A DNA stretch of 64,000 nt from an uncultured Actinomycetes bacterium (GTDB taxonomy: Bacteria; Actinomycetota; Thermoleophilia; RBG-16-64-13). The position numbers and the translations under genes are program-made. Where the stretch lies: positions 854,529 to 918,528 of the forward strand of contig CAWFCN010000001.1 in the NCBI GenBank assembly GCA_963814415.1. The letters are read 5' to 3'. Positions 56,078 to 64,000 of the stretch are shown one piece after another. Within the stretch, counting starts at the first letter, position 1; the number at the start of each line of letters is the position of its first letter. A model generated the notes under the pieces. It saw nothing but the letters and a program-made list of their open reading frames with translations. It searched no databases and was not told the origin of the DNA.

Positions 56078-57262
56078 CTAGCCCAGCTCGTTGCCCGCGA
56101 TAAGCACACTCACGGTGGCCGAACCCGGCTCTCCGCCCTGGTTGTGGGTCAGACCCAGACGCGGATTCTTGATCTGCCGCTTGTCGGCCTTGCCCTGAAG
56201 CTGCTTGTACACTTCGTACAGCATCCGCAGACCGGTGGCACCGATGGGATGGCCGAAACACTTCAGGCCACCGTCGGTGTTGACCGGCAGGTCACCCTCC
56301 AGGGTGAAGCTGCCGGCCTCGATGTCGTCCTTGACCCTGCCCCGCGGCGAGAACTGCAGGTCTTCCATGATGGTCAGCTCGGTGATGCTGAAGCAGTCGT
56401 GCACCTCGGCGATGTCTATCTCTTTGCGCGGGTCTTTGATCCCCGCCTCTTTGTAGGCGGCGATGCCTCCGCGGTAGGTCTCCTCCACGTGCGCCAGGTC
56501 GTACTTCTGGCTCAGCCAGCCCTCGCGGGCCCCCTGGCAGATAGTGGCGGCCTTTATGTAGATGGGGTCGGGGCGGAACTTCTTGGCCAGGTCCGCGCGG
56601 CAGATGATGGCCGCGGCGGCGCCGTCGGAAACCCCACAACAGTCGAACAGTCCCAGCGGGTAGGCGATCATGGGAGCGTTGATGGCCTGCTCCAGGGTAA
56701 TCTCACGCTGAAAGTGCGCCTTGGGATTCAGCGAGCCGTTGTGATGGTTCTTGACGGCTATCTGGGCCAGCAGCTTCTTGCCCTCTTCGAAACTCAAGCC
56801 GTATTTGGCGAAGTAGCCGGTACCCATCATGGCGAAGCCGGCGGCCGGGGTCTGCGTGGTGATGCGATAGCTCCAAGTGGCGACCGGGCGGGTCTGCGGC
56901 AGACCGGTGAAGCCGGTGTCTTTGAGCTTCTCGGCGCCCACCGCCAGCACGACATCGTAGATGCCGGCGGCCACGGCATAGGCCGCGCCGCGGATGGCCT
57001 CGGAGCCGGTGGCGCACTGGTTCTCTACGTGCGTGGCAGGGATATAGCCCAGCTTGAGCGGCGCGGTCATTATGGAGCTCGACTCACCCGCGAACACGCT
57101 GCCCCACCAGGCGGCCTCGATGTCCTTGGGCCCTATGCCGGCATCCTCGAACGCTTCGTACGCCGCGTCGACGATCATGTCTTCCAGGCTCTTGTTCCAG
57201 TTCTCGCCGAACTTGACGCAACCCATGCCGACGATGGCGACTTTGTCTTTGATACTGTCCAT
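56078..57262 (-). CDS. thiolase (archaeal / SCP2-type acetyl-CoA C-acetyltransferase)
   Basis: VENQCATGS (nucleophile Cys), EVHDCFS and GHPIGATG. The start overlaps the upstream stop by 1 nt (TGATG). Confidence 0.85.
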   Translation of the reverse strand: MDSIKDKVAIVGMGCVKFGENWNKSLEDMIVDAAYEAFEDAGIGPKDIEAAWWGSVFAGESSSIMTAPLKLGYIPATHVENQCATGSEAIRGAAYAVAAGIYDVVLAVGAEKLKDTGFTGLPQTRPVATWSYRITTQTPAAGFAMMGTGYFAKYGLSFEEGKKLLAQIAVKNHHNGSLNPKAHFQREITLEQAINAPMIAYPLGLFDCCGVSDGAAAAIICRADLAKKFRPDPIYIKAATICQGAREGWLSQKYDLAHVEETYRGGIAAYKEAGIKDPRKEIDIAEVHDCFSITELTIMEDLQFSPRGRVKDDIEAGSFTLEGDLPVNTDGGLKCFGHPIGATGLRMLYEVYKQLQGKADKRQIKNPRLGLTHNQGGEPGSATVSVLIAGNELG

Positions 57263-58695
57263 CAGTTGCACCTCACCGGCTGGCACTTCCACCAGTAGTT
57301 GTGGATGCCTCCAGCGCTGTAGAGCCGGCGGAAGGTCATCTCCAGGGGCATGCCCACCGTCACCGCATCGGGTTCACGGTCGGTCATGTCGCACATAAGG
57401 CGGCCGCCGCCCTCGAAATCGACGAACACCACCGTGACCGGCGAGTCCGTGCTCTCGACCACGTAGTCGTGCGAGAACGAGAACGCCTTGGCGGGTACGT
57501 CTTGGAAGTTGTACGGCACCATCTCGTCCTTGGCGTGGCACTCCACGCAGACCCTTTGCGGCGGGTACTGCGGCGTGCCGCACTTGGTGCACTTGGTGCC
57601 CGTGAGGCGGAGCTCCCACGGAACCTCACGCCACTGAGCCACAGGCGAAGGCGTGCGGGCCTCCAGCGACGGCCGGGCCGGCGGCTGGATGGTCACCAGC
57701 TCGCGCCAGCGCAGATACTTCATGTAGCTGGGGAGCATGGCCTTGGCTTCCAGATGCTTCTGGATACCGCGCCTGTCTTTCATCGTGCCGATCTTCGCGG
57801 TGACCTCCACCACGGCCGTGTCACAGCCGTTGCCGTAGCTCACCACCAGGATCTTGTCGCCGGCCTTGGCGTGCTCCAACGACTGTACGAGACTCATGAG
57901 CGAGAGAGCCGAGCCGGTGTCGCCTACACCCATGTGCAGAGCGTCTTGGATCTGGGCGCCTTCGTCGAGACCCAACTTCTTGGCCATGGCGCTGAGCTGC
58001 CGGCCGTTGGGGGCCGTCATCGCCACCTGCGCGAAGTCGGTGGGCGCGAGGCCGGCCTTCTTGAGCAGGGCGGAGACGGCCGTTTTGACGCCGGCGCCGT
58101 AGCCCTCGTCCATGGCGAAGCGGTCTTCGGCCGAGCGGACGAAGGTGTCTTTGTCAGTGCGCCAGGTGTCTTGAAGCTCCTGGTACCGAGATTCGAACTG
58201 CTTCACTTCGGCCACCACGTCCTTGGCGCTCACAAGGAGCGCGCCGGCGCCGTCACCGAAGTTGACCTCGGCCGGCCCCGCCGGATAGCCCAGACGGGTG
58301 TCCGCGGCCAGCACCAGGATGCTCTCGGCGGAACCGCTCGCGACCGCGTCCAAGGCGGCCTTGAGGGCGTTGGTGCCGCTCCGGAGCGACCCGGAGAAAT
58401 CCATAGTCATCGCTTCGGGCCGCAGGCCCAGGACGGCGGCTATGAAGGCTGCGCTCTGCTTCTCTTTGTACGGTGCGGTGGTCGATGCGAAGTACACTCC
58501 GCCGACGGTGCTGCGGTCTATGCCCTTCAGGCAATCACGCGCGGCCGCCACAGCCATAGTCAGGCTGTCTTCATCGTAGCTTGCGACAGCTCGCTCGCCC
58601 TTTCCGCCCCCGCTACCCCAAGCCTTGCCGATATCGGCCCGGCTCAGCCTGAAGTAGGGTACGTACGCCCCGTAAGAGGCTATTCCAGTCATCAA
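57262..58695 (-). CDS. HMG-CoA synthase-like condensing enzyme fused to a C-terminal DUF35 zinc-ribbon/OB-fold domain
   Basis: N-terminus GIASYGAYVPYFRLSRADIGKAWG...ASYDEDSLTMAV (archaeal-type HMGCS). C-terminus CTKCGTPQYPPQRVCVEC plus an OB-fold. Confidence 0.8.
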   Translation of the reverse strand: MMTGIASYGAYVPYFRLSRADIGKAWGSGGGKGERAVASYDEDSLTMAVAAARDCLKGIDRSTVGGVYFASTTAPYKEKQSAAFIAAVLGLRPEAMTMDFSGSLRSGTNALKAALDAVASGSAESILVLAADTRLGYPAGPAEVNFGDGAGALLVSAKDVVAEVKQFESRYQELQDTWRTDKDTFVRSAEDRFAMDEGYGAGVKTAVSALLKKAGLAPTDFAQVAMTAPNGRQLSAMAKKLGLDEGAQIQDALHMGVGDTGSALSLMSLVQSLEHAKAGDKILVVSYGNGCDTAVVEVTAKIGTMKDRRGIQKHLEAKAMLPSYMKYLRWRELVTIQPPARPSLEARTPSPVAQWREVPWELRLTGTKCTKCGTPQYPPQRVCVECHAKDEMVPYNFQDVPAKAFSFSHDYVVESTDSPVTVVFVDFEGGGRLMCDMTDREPDAVTVGMPLEMTFRRLYSAGGIHNYWWKCQPVRCN

Positions 58696-58780
58696 GCCCT
58701 CACTTGCTATTTACGGCTGCCGAGAACCGAAGTCCCGGCCGCCGGGCCGCACTGGCCGGCACTATACGTCGTTCTCGGTC

Positions 58781-58805
58781 GCACGAGTAGCGCTGCTACT
58801 CGTGC
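58781..58805 (-). other. perfect 10-11-bp hairpin gcacgagtag-cgctg-ctactcgtgc in the bthL-like / HMGCS intergenic region
   Basis: Read directly. It contains the 11-mer ctgctactcgt, which recurs at 62273-62283. Confidence 0.4.
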
Positions 58806-58855
58806 TCCCTGCGTCCTTGTCTCGCGCATACCCATCGCGTCCTGGCGGCGGGGCG

Positions 58856-59692
58856 TCATTTCCCGGCAGCCGCGAGCACTATCTCGCCGAGGTAGACGTC
58901 TTTGGAGGTCTTTGCCGTGACACTCTGCTCTTTGTAGCCCTTGGCCTCGATCTTGACCGTGTATTCGGTGTAGGCCGCCAGCCCGTCGAACTCGAAGTCG
59001 CCGTAGCTGTTGGTCTTGGCCTTCTGGGTCTTGCCGTCGCCGGAGAGGACGACCTCGGCGCCAATGGCGACTTCGTCGATGTCCCCGTAGATGACCGTGC
59101 CGGCCACGAACCTCTTGGGCAGGCCCTTGTACGTGACCCTCTCGCCCATGGCGTACTCGGGGCGCAGAGCCTCGGTGCCGGACGCCACCAGTTTCGCGAC
59201 CGCGCTCTTGGGATCGTCCAGGTCACCGAAAGTCAGCGCGCCGCTGGGGCAGGACTCGACACACCGGGGTTCCGGGTCGCCGGCGTCCAGCAGATGGGCG
59301 CACATGGTGCACTTGGCCGCCACCTGGGCTTCTTCGTTCCACTCTATCTGGCGATACGGGCAGAGGCTCACCAGGTCCTTGTTGCCCTTGGCCTTCTGGG
59401 GATCGATGAGCACGATGCCATCGGCACGCCGGTAGATGGCGCCGGTCTGATCCAGCTTCACGCAGGCGGCGGAGTCGCAGTGGGCGCAGGTCACCGGTAC
59501 GTGGTCCACCTTCACATGCGGGTACTGGCCCCGCTCGACCTCATTCACCTTCATCCAATCCATGCCGCGCATGGGCTGGGCGGCGGAGTAACCCGGATAG
59601 TCGTTGCCGGCGTACTCGTCACGGCAGGTGAGGAAGCAGTTGTAGCAACCCACACACTTGTTGACGTCTATTACCATGCCATACCTAGCCAC
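58856..59692 (-). CDS. pyrogallol hydroxytransferase small (beta) subunit-like: 3x[4Fe-4S] plus C-terminal Ig-like beta-barrel
   Basis: YGMVIDVNKCVGCYNCFLTC, DGIVLIDPQKAKGNKDL..CPY...WNEE..VAAKCTMCAHLLD and a C-terminal CarboxypepD_reg-like domain match my recollection of Pelobacter acidigallici BthL (274 aa). The GTG at 59692 uses a GGGAGG inside the last alpha-subunit codons. Confidence 0.8.
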   Translation of the reverse strand: MARYGMVIDVNKCVGCYNCFLTCRDEYAGNDYPGYSAAQPMRGMDWMKVNEVERGQYPHVKVDHVPVTCAHCDSAACVKLDQTGAIYRRADGIVLIDPQKAKGNKDLVSLCPYRQIEWNEEAQVAAKCTMCAHLLDAGDPEPRCVESCPSGALTFGDLDDPKSAVAKLVASGTEALRPEYAMGERVTYKGLPKRFVAGTVIYGDIDEVAIGAEVVLSGDGKTQKAKTNSYGDFEFDGLAAYTEYTVKIEAKGYKEQSVTAKTSKDVYLGEIVLAAAGK

Positions 59693-59694
59693 TG

Positions 59695-62229
59695 TCAGGC
59701 CTCCCACTTGCAGACTTCAACGAGATAGGACATGTTGGCTTCGCCGCACGCGTTCTTGCTGGTGAAGCGGGAGGGCGACAGCAGGTTCACGCAGCCGCCT
59801 CGGTCGATGCTGTTCGGGTTGCCCGGCTCCAACGGATCGTACTTGGCTCCTGCCTGGTACGAATGTATGAGGCCCGGCCGGCAACGCTCGGTCACCAAGG
59901 CTACGCCGAGCACCCGGGCACGATCGTTGTAGACCATGACGATGTCGCCGTCTTTGATGCCCCGCGCTGCAGCATCGTCTGGATTGAGCCGCATCGGCCA
60001 GTAGGCATAGCCGTCTTTGATGATGCGGTGCTGGCGGATGTCGTTCAGCCACTCGATCTTGTTGTCCTGATGCGTGTGGTACGAGAACTTGGCGTGGGGC
60101 GTCATTATGATCAGCGGGTACTTGTCCACAAGCCCCTTGGTCTCGTGACCCTCGTAGAGCGGTATGTAGCGCGGCATGATGGGGCGCTCTTCGTCATCCG
60201 GGAAGTACTTCTCCAGGATGGTTCGCTTGAACTCGATCTTGCCCGACGGGGTGGCCATCTGCGCGGCCTTGTCCGTACCCGCCATGGGGTTGAAGCGGTC
60301 GGGGGTGTCCACCGGACGGCCCTCGTAGTACCACTGGTTGGAGATGGTGGGCTTGTAGTCGGCGGGCACCGACGGCACCACGAAGTAGCCCTTCTTCTTG
60401 AACTGCTCGTAGGTGACGTGCTTGGGCAGGTCGGTATAGTCGAAGACCTTGTGTATCCAGTCTTCCTCCGAGTTGCCCTCGGTGTACTCCTCTAGGAATC
60501 CCAGCCGCTCGGCCAGTTCGCAGTAGATCTGGTAGTCGGGTTTGCTCTCCCACAGAGGCTCGATGCACTTCTGCTGGTACATGAGGATGCGGTGGTTGCA
60601 GTTGACGTTGCCGTTGCCGTAGCCACCCGGCTGCGCCCACTCCGAGATGTCGGCGTGTTCGAAGTTGGTGGAAGCCGGCAGGATGACGTCGCCGAACTTG
60701 GTCTCGCTCTGCCAGTGGCAGTCTTGCATGACCACGAACTCCAGCTTGGGCGATTGGTACATGCGCACCCACTTGCTGGTGTCGCTCATGGTGCTGATGA
60801 ACGAGCCACCATGCCGATGGATCATGCGGATCTCGGCGCCGTTGGGGCCGGGCTCCGGATACTGCATCTTCTTGAACTGCTGCTCGGGATACTGCACGCA
60901 GAAGCCCTCACCCAGCCACTCGATGTGCCCGTCGAGGATGGCCTCGGGCAGGTTCAGACGATATACCTTCTGGGTGACCGTGTTGCGGTCGGGGAAGGTG
61001 GCCTGCTTGGCCACTAGGCCGAAGACGTCCCAACCCACATCGGAGTACCCGGCGCTCTTGAACGACATGTCTAGCGGAGCCCCGTGTGCGGTGCCGCCCC
61101 AGATGTTCACGCCTTCCTTGCCTATGCCCATCATGGCGGCCAGATGGATCATGAGGCTGCACCACTCGGTGGCAAAGGAGTTGCGGCAGGCACCGGCCGT
61201 GCCGTACATGGAGCCCGTCGCCAGCATGGTCTTCTTGCTCATCCACTGGCGAGCGACCGCCTTGATGGTGTGCGCCGGGATGTCGCAGATGGGGGCTGCC
61301 CATTCGGGTGACTTGGGTATGCCGTCAGTCTTGCCGAGGATGTAGTCTTTCCACTCGTCAAAGTACATGGTGCGGTTCTCGACGAACCAGTGGTCGTAGG
61401 TGTCGTCCTGCATCCACTGGTAGGCGATGGCCTCCGCCAGAGCGGCGTCGGTGCCGGTACGCGGGGCCAGCCACTTGTCCGCCATGTGGGCGGCCGTGGC
61501 GTTGCAGTAGGGGTCGATGAAGATCGCGCCAATGCCCAGCTCGCGCAGCCACTCACGCCAGATGACTGTCTCTTGGCCGCCGTAGCCACCAGCCGAGGTG
61601 TTGGGGTCCACCGACCAGTACACGACTTGCTCGGTGTTCTTCATGGCCTCGGCCAGCATGTCGAAGCAGTCGCACTGGCCAAAGCGCCAGTACCAACCCC
61701 AGGTGTGCATGCTGCCCCAGTGCCAGCCTTCCCAGCTGTCCGGGTTGTCCAAGAGCTGGGTGTAGCCCAGGATGTTGTAGAACCGCGGCATGGGTCCCAT
61801 CTTGTAGTACAAGAGGCCGTAGTTGTGGTGCGACGATACGTAGGCCGTGATGGCGGCCTTGCCGTAGGTGGACTGCACCCGCTTGATCTCGCTTGCCACC
61901 AGGTCGAGGGCCTCGTCCCAGGTGATGCGCTCGTACTCGTCCTTGCCGCGCAACTCCGGATGGCGCTCGCCTTTGGGGTCGAAGTTCTTGCGCTTCATGG
62001 GGTACTTGATGCGGTTCTCGGAGTAGACGCGCGTCCGCTCCGCTATGTTGAAGGTGTTGATGGTGGTCTTGCGCGGGTCGCTGAACTTCTTGCCCTTGGC
62101 TTCGATAGTCCAGTGACCGCCGTCCGCCTCGGTGAGGCGCAAGGGGCGCATGCGAGTGATCTTGCCGTCCTTGACGGTGACCTTGAGCATGCCTCCGATG
62201 CCTGCGTTTATGAAATCCTGTTCTGCCAT
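59695..62229 (-). CDS. pyrogallol hydroxytransferase / resorcinol hydroxylase-family Mo-bisMGD large (alpha) subunit-like
   Basis: 844 aa with no Tat signal and no N-terminal Cys cluster. IKYPMKRKNFDPKGERHPELRG, NPDSWEGWHWG, ILGKTDGIPKSPEWAA, KKGYFVVP and DRGGCVNLL resemble AthL as I recall it. Confidence 0.8.
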   Translation of the reverse strand: MAEQDFINAGIGGMLKVTVKDGKITRMRPLRLTEADGGHWTIEAKGKKFSDPRKTTINTFNIAERTRVYSENRIKYPMKRKNFDPKGERHPELRGKDEYERITWDEALDLVASEIKRVQSTYGKAAITAYVSSHHNYGLLYYKMGPMPRFYNILGYTQLLDNPDSWEGWHWGSMHTWGWYWRFGQCDCFDMLAEAMKNTEQVVYWSVDPNTSAGGYGGQETVIWREWLRELGIGAIFIDPYCNATAAHMADKWLAPRTGTDAALAEAIAYQWMQDDTYDHWFVENRTMYFDEWKDYILGKTDGIPKSPEWAAPICDIPAHTIKAVARQWMSKKTMLATGSMYGTAGACRNSFATEWCSLMIHLAAMMGIGKEGVNIWGGTAHGAPLDMSFKSAGYSDVGWDVFGLVAKQATFPDRNTVTQKVYRLNLPEAILDGHIEWLGEGFCVQYPEQQFKKMQYPEPGPNGAEIRMIHRHGGSFISTMSDTSKWVRMYQSPKLEFVVMQDCHWQSETKFGDVILPASTNFEHADISEWAQPGGYGNGNVNCNHRILMYQQKCIEPLWESKPDYQIYCELAERLGFLEEYTEGNSEEDWIHKVFDYTDLPKHVTYEQFKKKGYFVVPSVPADYKPTISNQWYYEGRPVDTPDRFNPMAGTDKAAQMATPSGKIEFKRTILEKYFPDDEERPIMPRYIPLYEGHETKGLVDKYPLIIMTPHAKFSYHTHQDNKIEWLNDIRQHRIIKDGYAYWPMRLNPDDAAARGIKDGDIVMVYNDRARVLGVALVTERCRPGLIHSYQAGAKYDPLEPGNPNSIDRGGCVNLLSPSRFTSKNACGEANMSYLVEVCKWEA

Positions 62230-62430
62230 AACCTCACTCCGTGACTAAGCTAGTTGACGCGGTCGTTCGTGCCTGCTACTCGTCAGCTCAGCTACGACCA
62301 TCCAGGCCCCAGACGCTTACAAGACTTCTTGCCCAACTCGTGCTCCCTTCGGGTCCCATCTGGTCCTGCGGACCGCGCGACCACCAGCGTTGGTGGCCCT
62401 GCGCTCCGCAGTGTACCTGAGAGTCCTGGC

Positions 62431-62466
62431 GGCCCCCAAGGAGGCTAGACGGCGTCCTTGGGGGCC
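62431..62466 (-). terminator. 12-bp perfect stem-loop ggcccccaagga / tccttgggggcc (12-nt loop), 21 nt after the dctM stop
   Basis: Read directly. There is no U-tract. Confidence 0.5.
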
Positions 62467-62486
62467 TGCCAGAACTGGTGAATCTA

Positions 62487-63803
62487 CTAGTAGGTCATGA
62501 AGCTCGGCAACCAGGTGCTTATCTGCGGCACGAAGACCAGAATCAGCGCAAATATGCTCATGGTGAGCACGAACCACCCGACCCCGCGGAAGATCGTATA
62601 CATCGGCACCTCTCTATGCGCACCCGCAAGGGTGAACACCACCACTCCCACCGGCGGGGTGATGCAGCCGATCATGATCATTAGAACCACGACCACGCCG
62701 AGTTGAAGCGGGCTGAAGCCCATGTTGTCCACCAACAACGGGTAGAAGATGGGCAGCGTGATGATCATGGCCGACCAGACATCCATCAGGCAGCCGAGTA
62801 TCAGATACACGATGCACACGATGATCATGACCAGGTACTTGTTCAGACCCGACTCGACCACCGCGCTCGAGATGCTGCCGGCGATGTTGCTGGAGGTTAG
62901 GAAGTAGCTGAAGTACCGCGCCCCAAAGATCAACAACATGATCATGGAGCCGGTCTTGACCGCTGAAAGGAAGGCGTTGGCGAACTTCTTCCAGGTGAGC
63001 TGCCTATACGGCAGGCTTACGATAAGCAAGGCGAGGGCACCCAGGGCGCCGGCTTCCTGCGGAGTGAAGATCGCGAAGATCAGGCCCAGCATCACAATCA
63101 GGAACCCTACGAGGATGGCGATAAGCCCCCTGAGCGCGACGAATCTCTCTTTCAGAGGGACCTTGGGCGCCACGCTGCACAGAGTCGGATCCAACCTGCA
63201 CTGGACTGCTATCTGGATACAGAACATCACGGTCAGGATGACGCCCGGCAGGATACCTGCTATGAACAGCTCAGAGATGTTGGTCTCGGTTATGAAGCCG
63301 TACACCACGAAGGCCGCGCTTGGCGGGATCATGATGCCCAAGTTGCCACCGGCAGCGATCGAGCCCAGGGACAACTTGTCGTTGTACCCATACTTGCGCA
63401 TCTGCGGCAATGCCGCCTTGTCCATGACCATTGCCGTAGCGATGTTGTCACCGCAGACAGCACCAAATGCGGCGCAGGAGCACACAGCGGCCATAGAGAG
63501 ACCGCCTCGGAAATGCCCCACCCACTTGTTGAAGGTGCTGAAGGCATCGCCGATGGGCCCTCCGGCCCCAGCGATGGTGCCCATCACTATGAAGAGAGGG
63601 ATGATCACCAGGATGTTCGACGAAGCCGTGTCGAAGATCGTGGTGCCTAGAGTCGAGGTGGCAGCGTCCATGCCCCTCGTCAAGACGAAGCCCACGAATC
63701 CGGCGACCATCATCGACATACCCACGTGCATCTTCAGAAACATAAGCACGAAGAAGAGAACCGCCCCTATCGTCCCACTAGCCCACAATGGAAGGGTGCT
63801 CAT
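62487..63803 (-). CDS. dctM: TRAP transporter large permease (DctM family)
   Basis: 438 aa, about 12 helices, with typical DctM segments (IPLFIVMG, GGNLGIMIPPS, GCITPPVG). Confidence 0.9.
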   Translation of the reverse strand: MSTLPLWASGTIGAVLFFVLMFLKMHVGMSMMVAGFVGFVLTRGMDAATSTLGTTIFDTASSNILVIIPLFIVMGTIAGAGGPIGDAFSTFNKWVGHFRGGLSMAAVCSCAAFGAVCGDNIATAMVMDKAALPQMRKYGYNDKLSLGSIAAGGNLGIMIPPSAAFVVYGFITETNISELFIAGILPGVILTVMFCIQIAVQCRLDPTLCSVAPKVPLKERFVALRGLIAILVGFLIVMLGLIFAIFTPQEAGALGALALLIVSLPYRQLTWKKFANAFLSAVKTGSMIMLLIFGARYFSYFLTSSNIAGSISSAVVESGLNKYLVMIIVCIVYLILGCLMDVWSAMIITLPIFYPLLVDNMGFSPLQLGVVVVLMIMIGCITPPVGVVVFTLAGAHREVPMYTIFRGVGWFVLTMSIFALILVFVPQISTWLPSFMTY

Positions 63804-64000
63804 CTCTTCACCAACCTGTCGATCGACTCAAGGAACCGGGCCGCCATGATGGGGATCACAGTGAATATCCCAAAGGCTGCAACAAAGGCGAACGGAGCCT
63901 TTAGCAGGTGCAGGGTCCCCTTGGTGTGCTCACCGCGCTCCGCCAGACGAACGCCGTGCTTGACCAGCTGCCATACGGCGAGGATCAGGATGACGACCAC
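63800..64000 (-). CDS. dctQ: TRAP transporter small permease (DctQ family), 3' part; continues beyond the window
   Basis: A hydrophobic C-terminal fragment with a 4-nt overlap with the dctM start. Confidence 0.65.
   Translation of the reverse strand: MVVILILAVWQLVKHGVRLAERGEHTKGTLHLLKAPFAFVAAFGIFTVIPIMAARFLESIDRLVKR

Noticed and set aside
1-64000. CRISPR arrays, rRNA/tRNA genes, IS elements, integrases, phage genes, or known defence systems other than higBA.
   Set aside because: I saw no direct-repeat/spacer periodicity, no tRNA-like cloverleaf-sized intergenic segment, and no transposase, integrase or recombinase-like ORF. The intergenic regions are short and explained by promoters and hairpins. 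This is a visual scan only. tRNAscan-SE, Infernal and a defence-system finder would be the definitive check.

Overview
The window is a visibly GC-rich bacterial chromosomal segment with no rRNA, tRNA, CRISPR array, transposase or integrase that I could recognise. Genes are densely packed, often start with GTG or TTG, and frequently overlap by 1, 4 or 8 nt (ATGA, GTGA, TGATG), which suggests translational coupling. All family assignments come from reading the translated ORFs against remembered family signatures. No database search was run.

Content from left to right:
- 0-9.6 kb: housekeeping and accessory genes. These are an isochorismatase-like protein, PfkA, a DUF2239 protein, a TetR-controlled ferredoxin/flavoprotein/CocE-hydrolase set, an acyl-CoA dehydrogenase and a higBA module.
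- 9.7-16 kb: a 2-oxoacid:ferredoxin oxidoreductase with a separate gamma subunit and a fused delta-alpha-beta polypeptide. It is followed by a cytoplasmic molybdopterin oxidoreductase with its Fe-S partner.
- 16-27.1 kb: an 11-gene minus-strand operon. It combines dTDP-3-amino-3,6-dideoxyhexose tailoring genes with a GtrA / GT2 / GT-C lipid-linked glycosylation trio, a MaoC hydratase and a response-regulator-PPDK_N giant protein.
- 27.3-34.3 kb: a PLP dehydratase, a thiolase-fold protein lacking both catalytic Cys with a DUF35 partner, and an Fe-S / 3beta-HSD / membrane spermidine-synthase-like operon.
- 34.4-55.9 kb: two paralogous catabolic/transport modules (MarR, LivK/HM/G/F-type ABC transporter, hydantoinase-family genes). 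Copy A, and hyuB of copy B, are riddled with single-base frame disruptions.
- 56-64 kb: a TRAP transporter, a pyrogallol-hydroxytransferase-like Mo enzyme (alpha and beta), an HMG-CoA-synthase::DUF35 fusion and a thiolase.

The most notable observations are:
- the pyrogallol-hydroxytransferase-like locus with its aryl-O-demethylase-like neighbours;
- the hotspot of about 20 single-base indels confined to 32.8-47.1 kb;
- the glycan-decoration operon;
- the thiolase-fold protein lacking both catalytic Cys;
- the fused oxidoreductase;
- an internally frame-scrambled higB.
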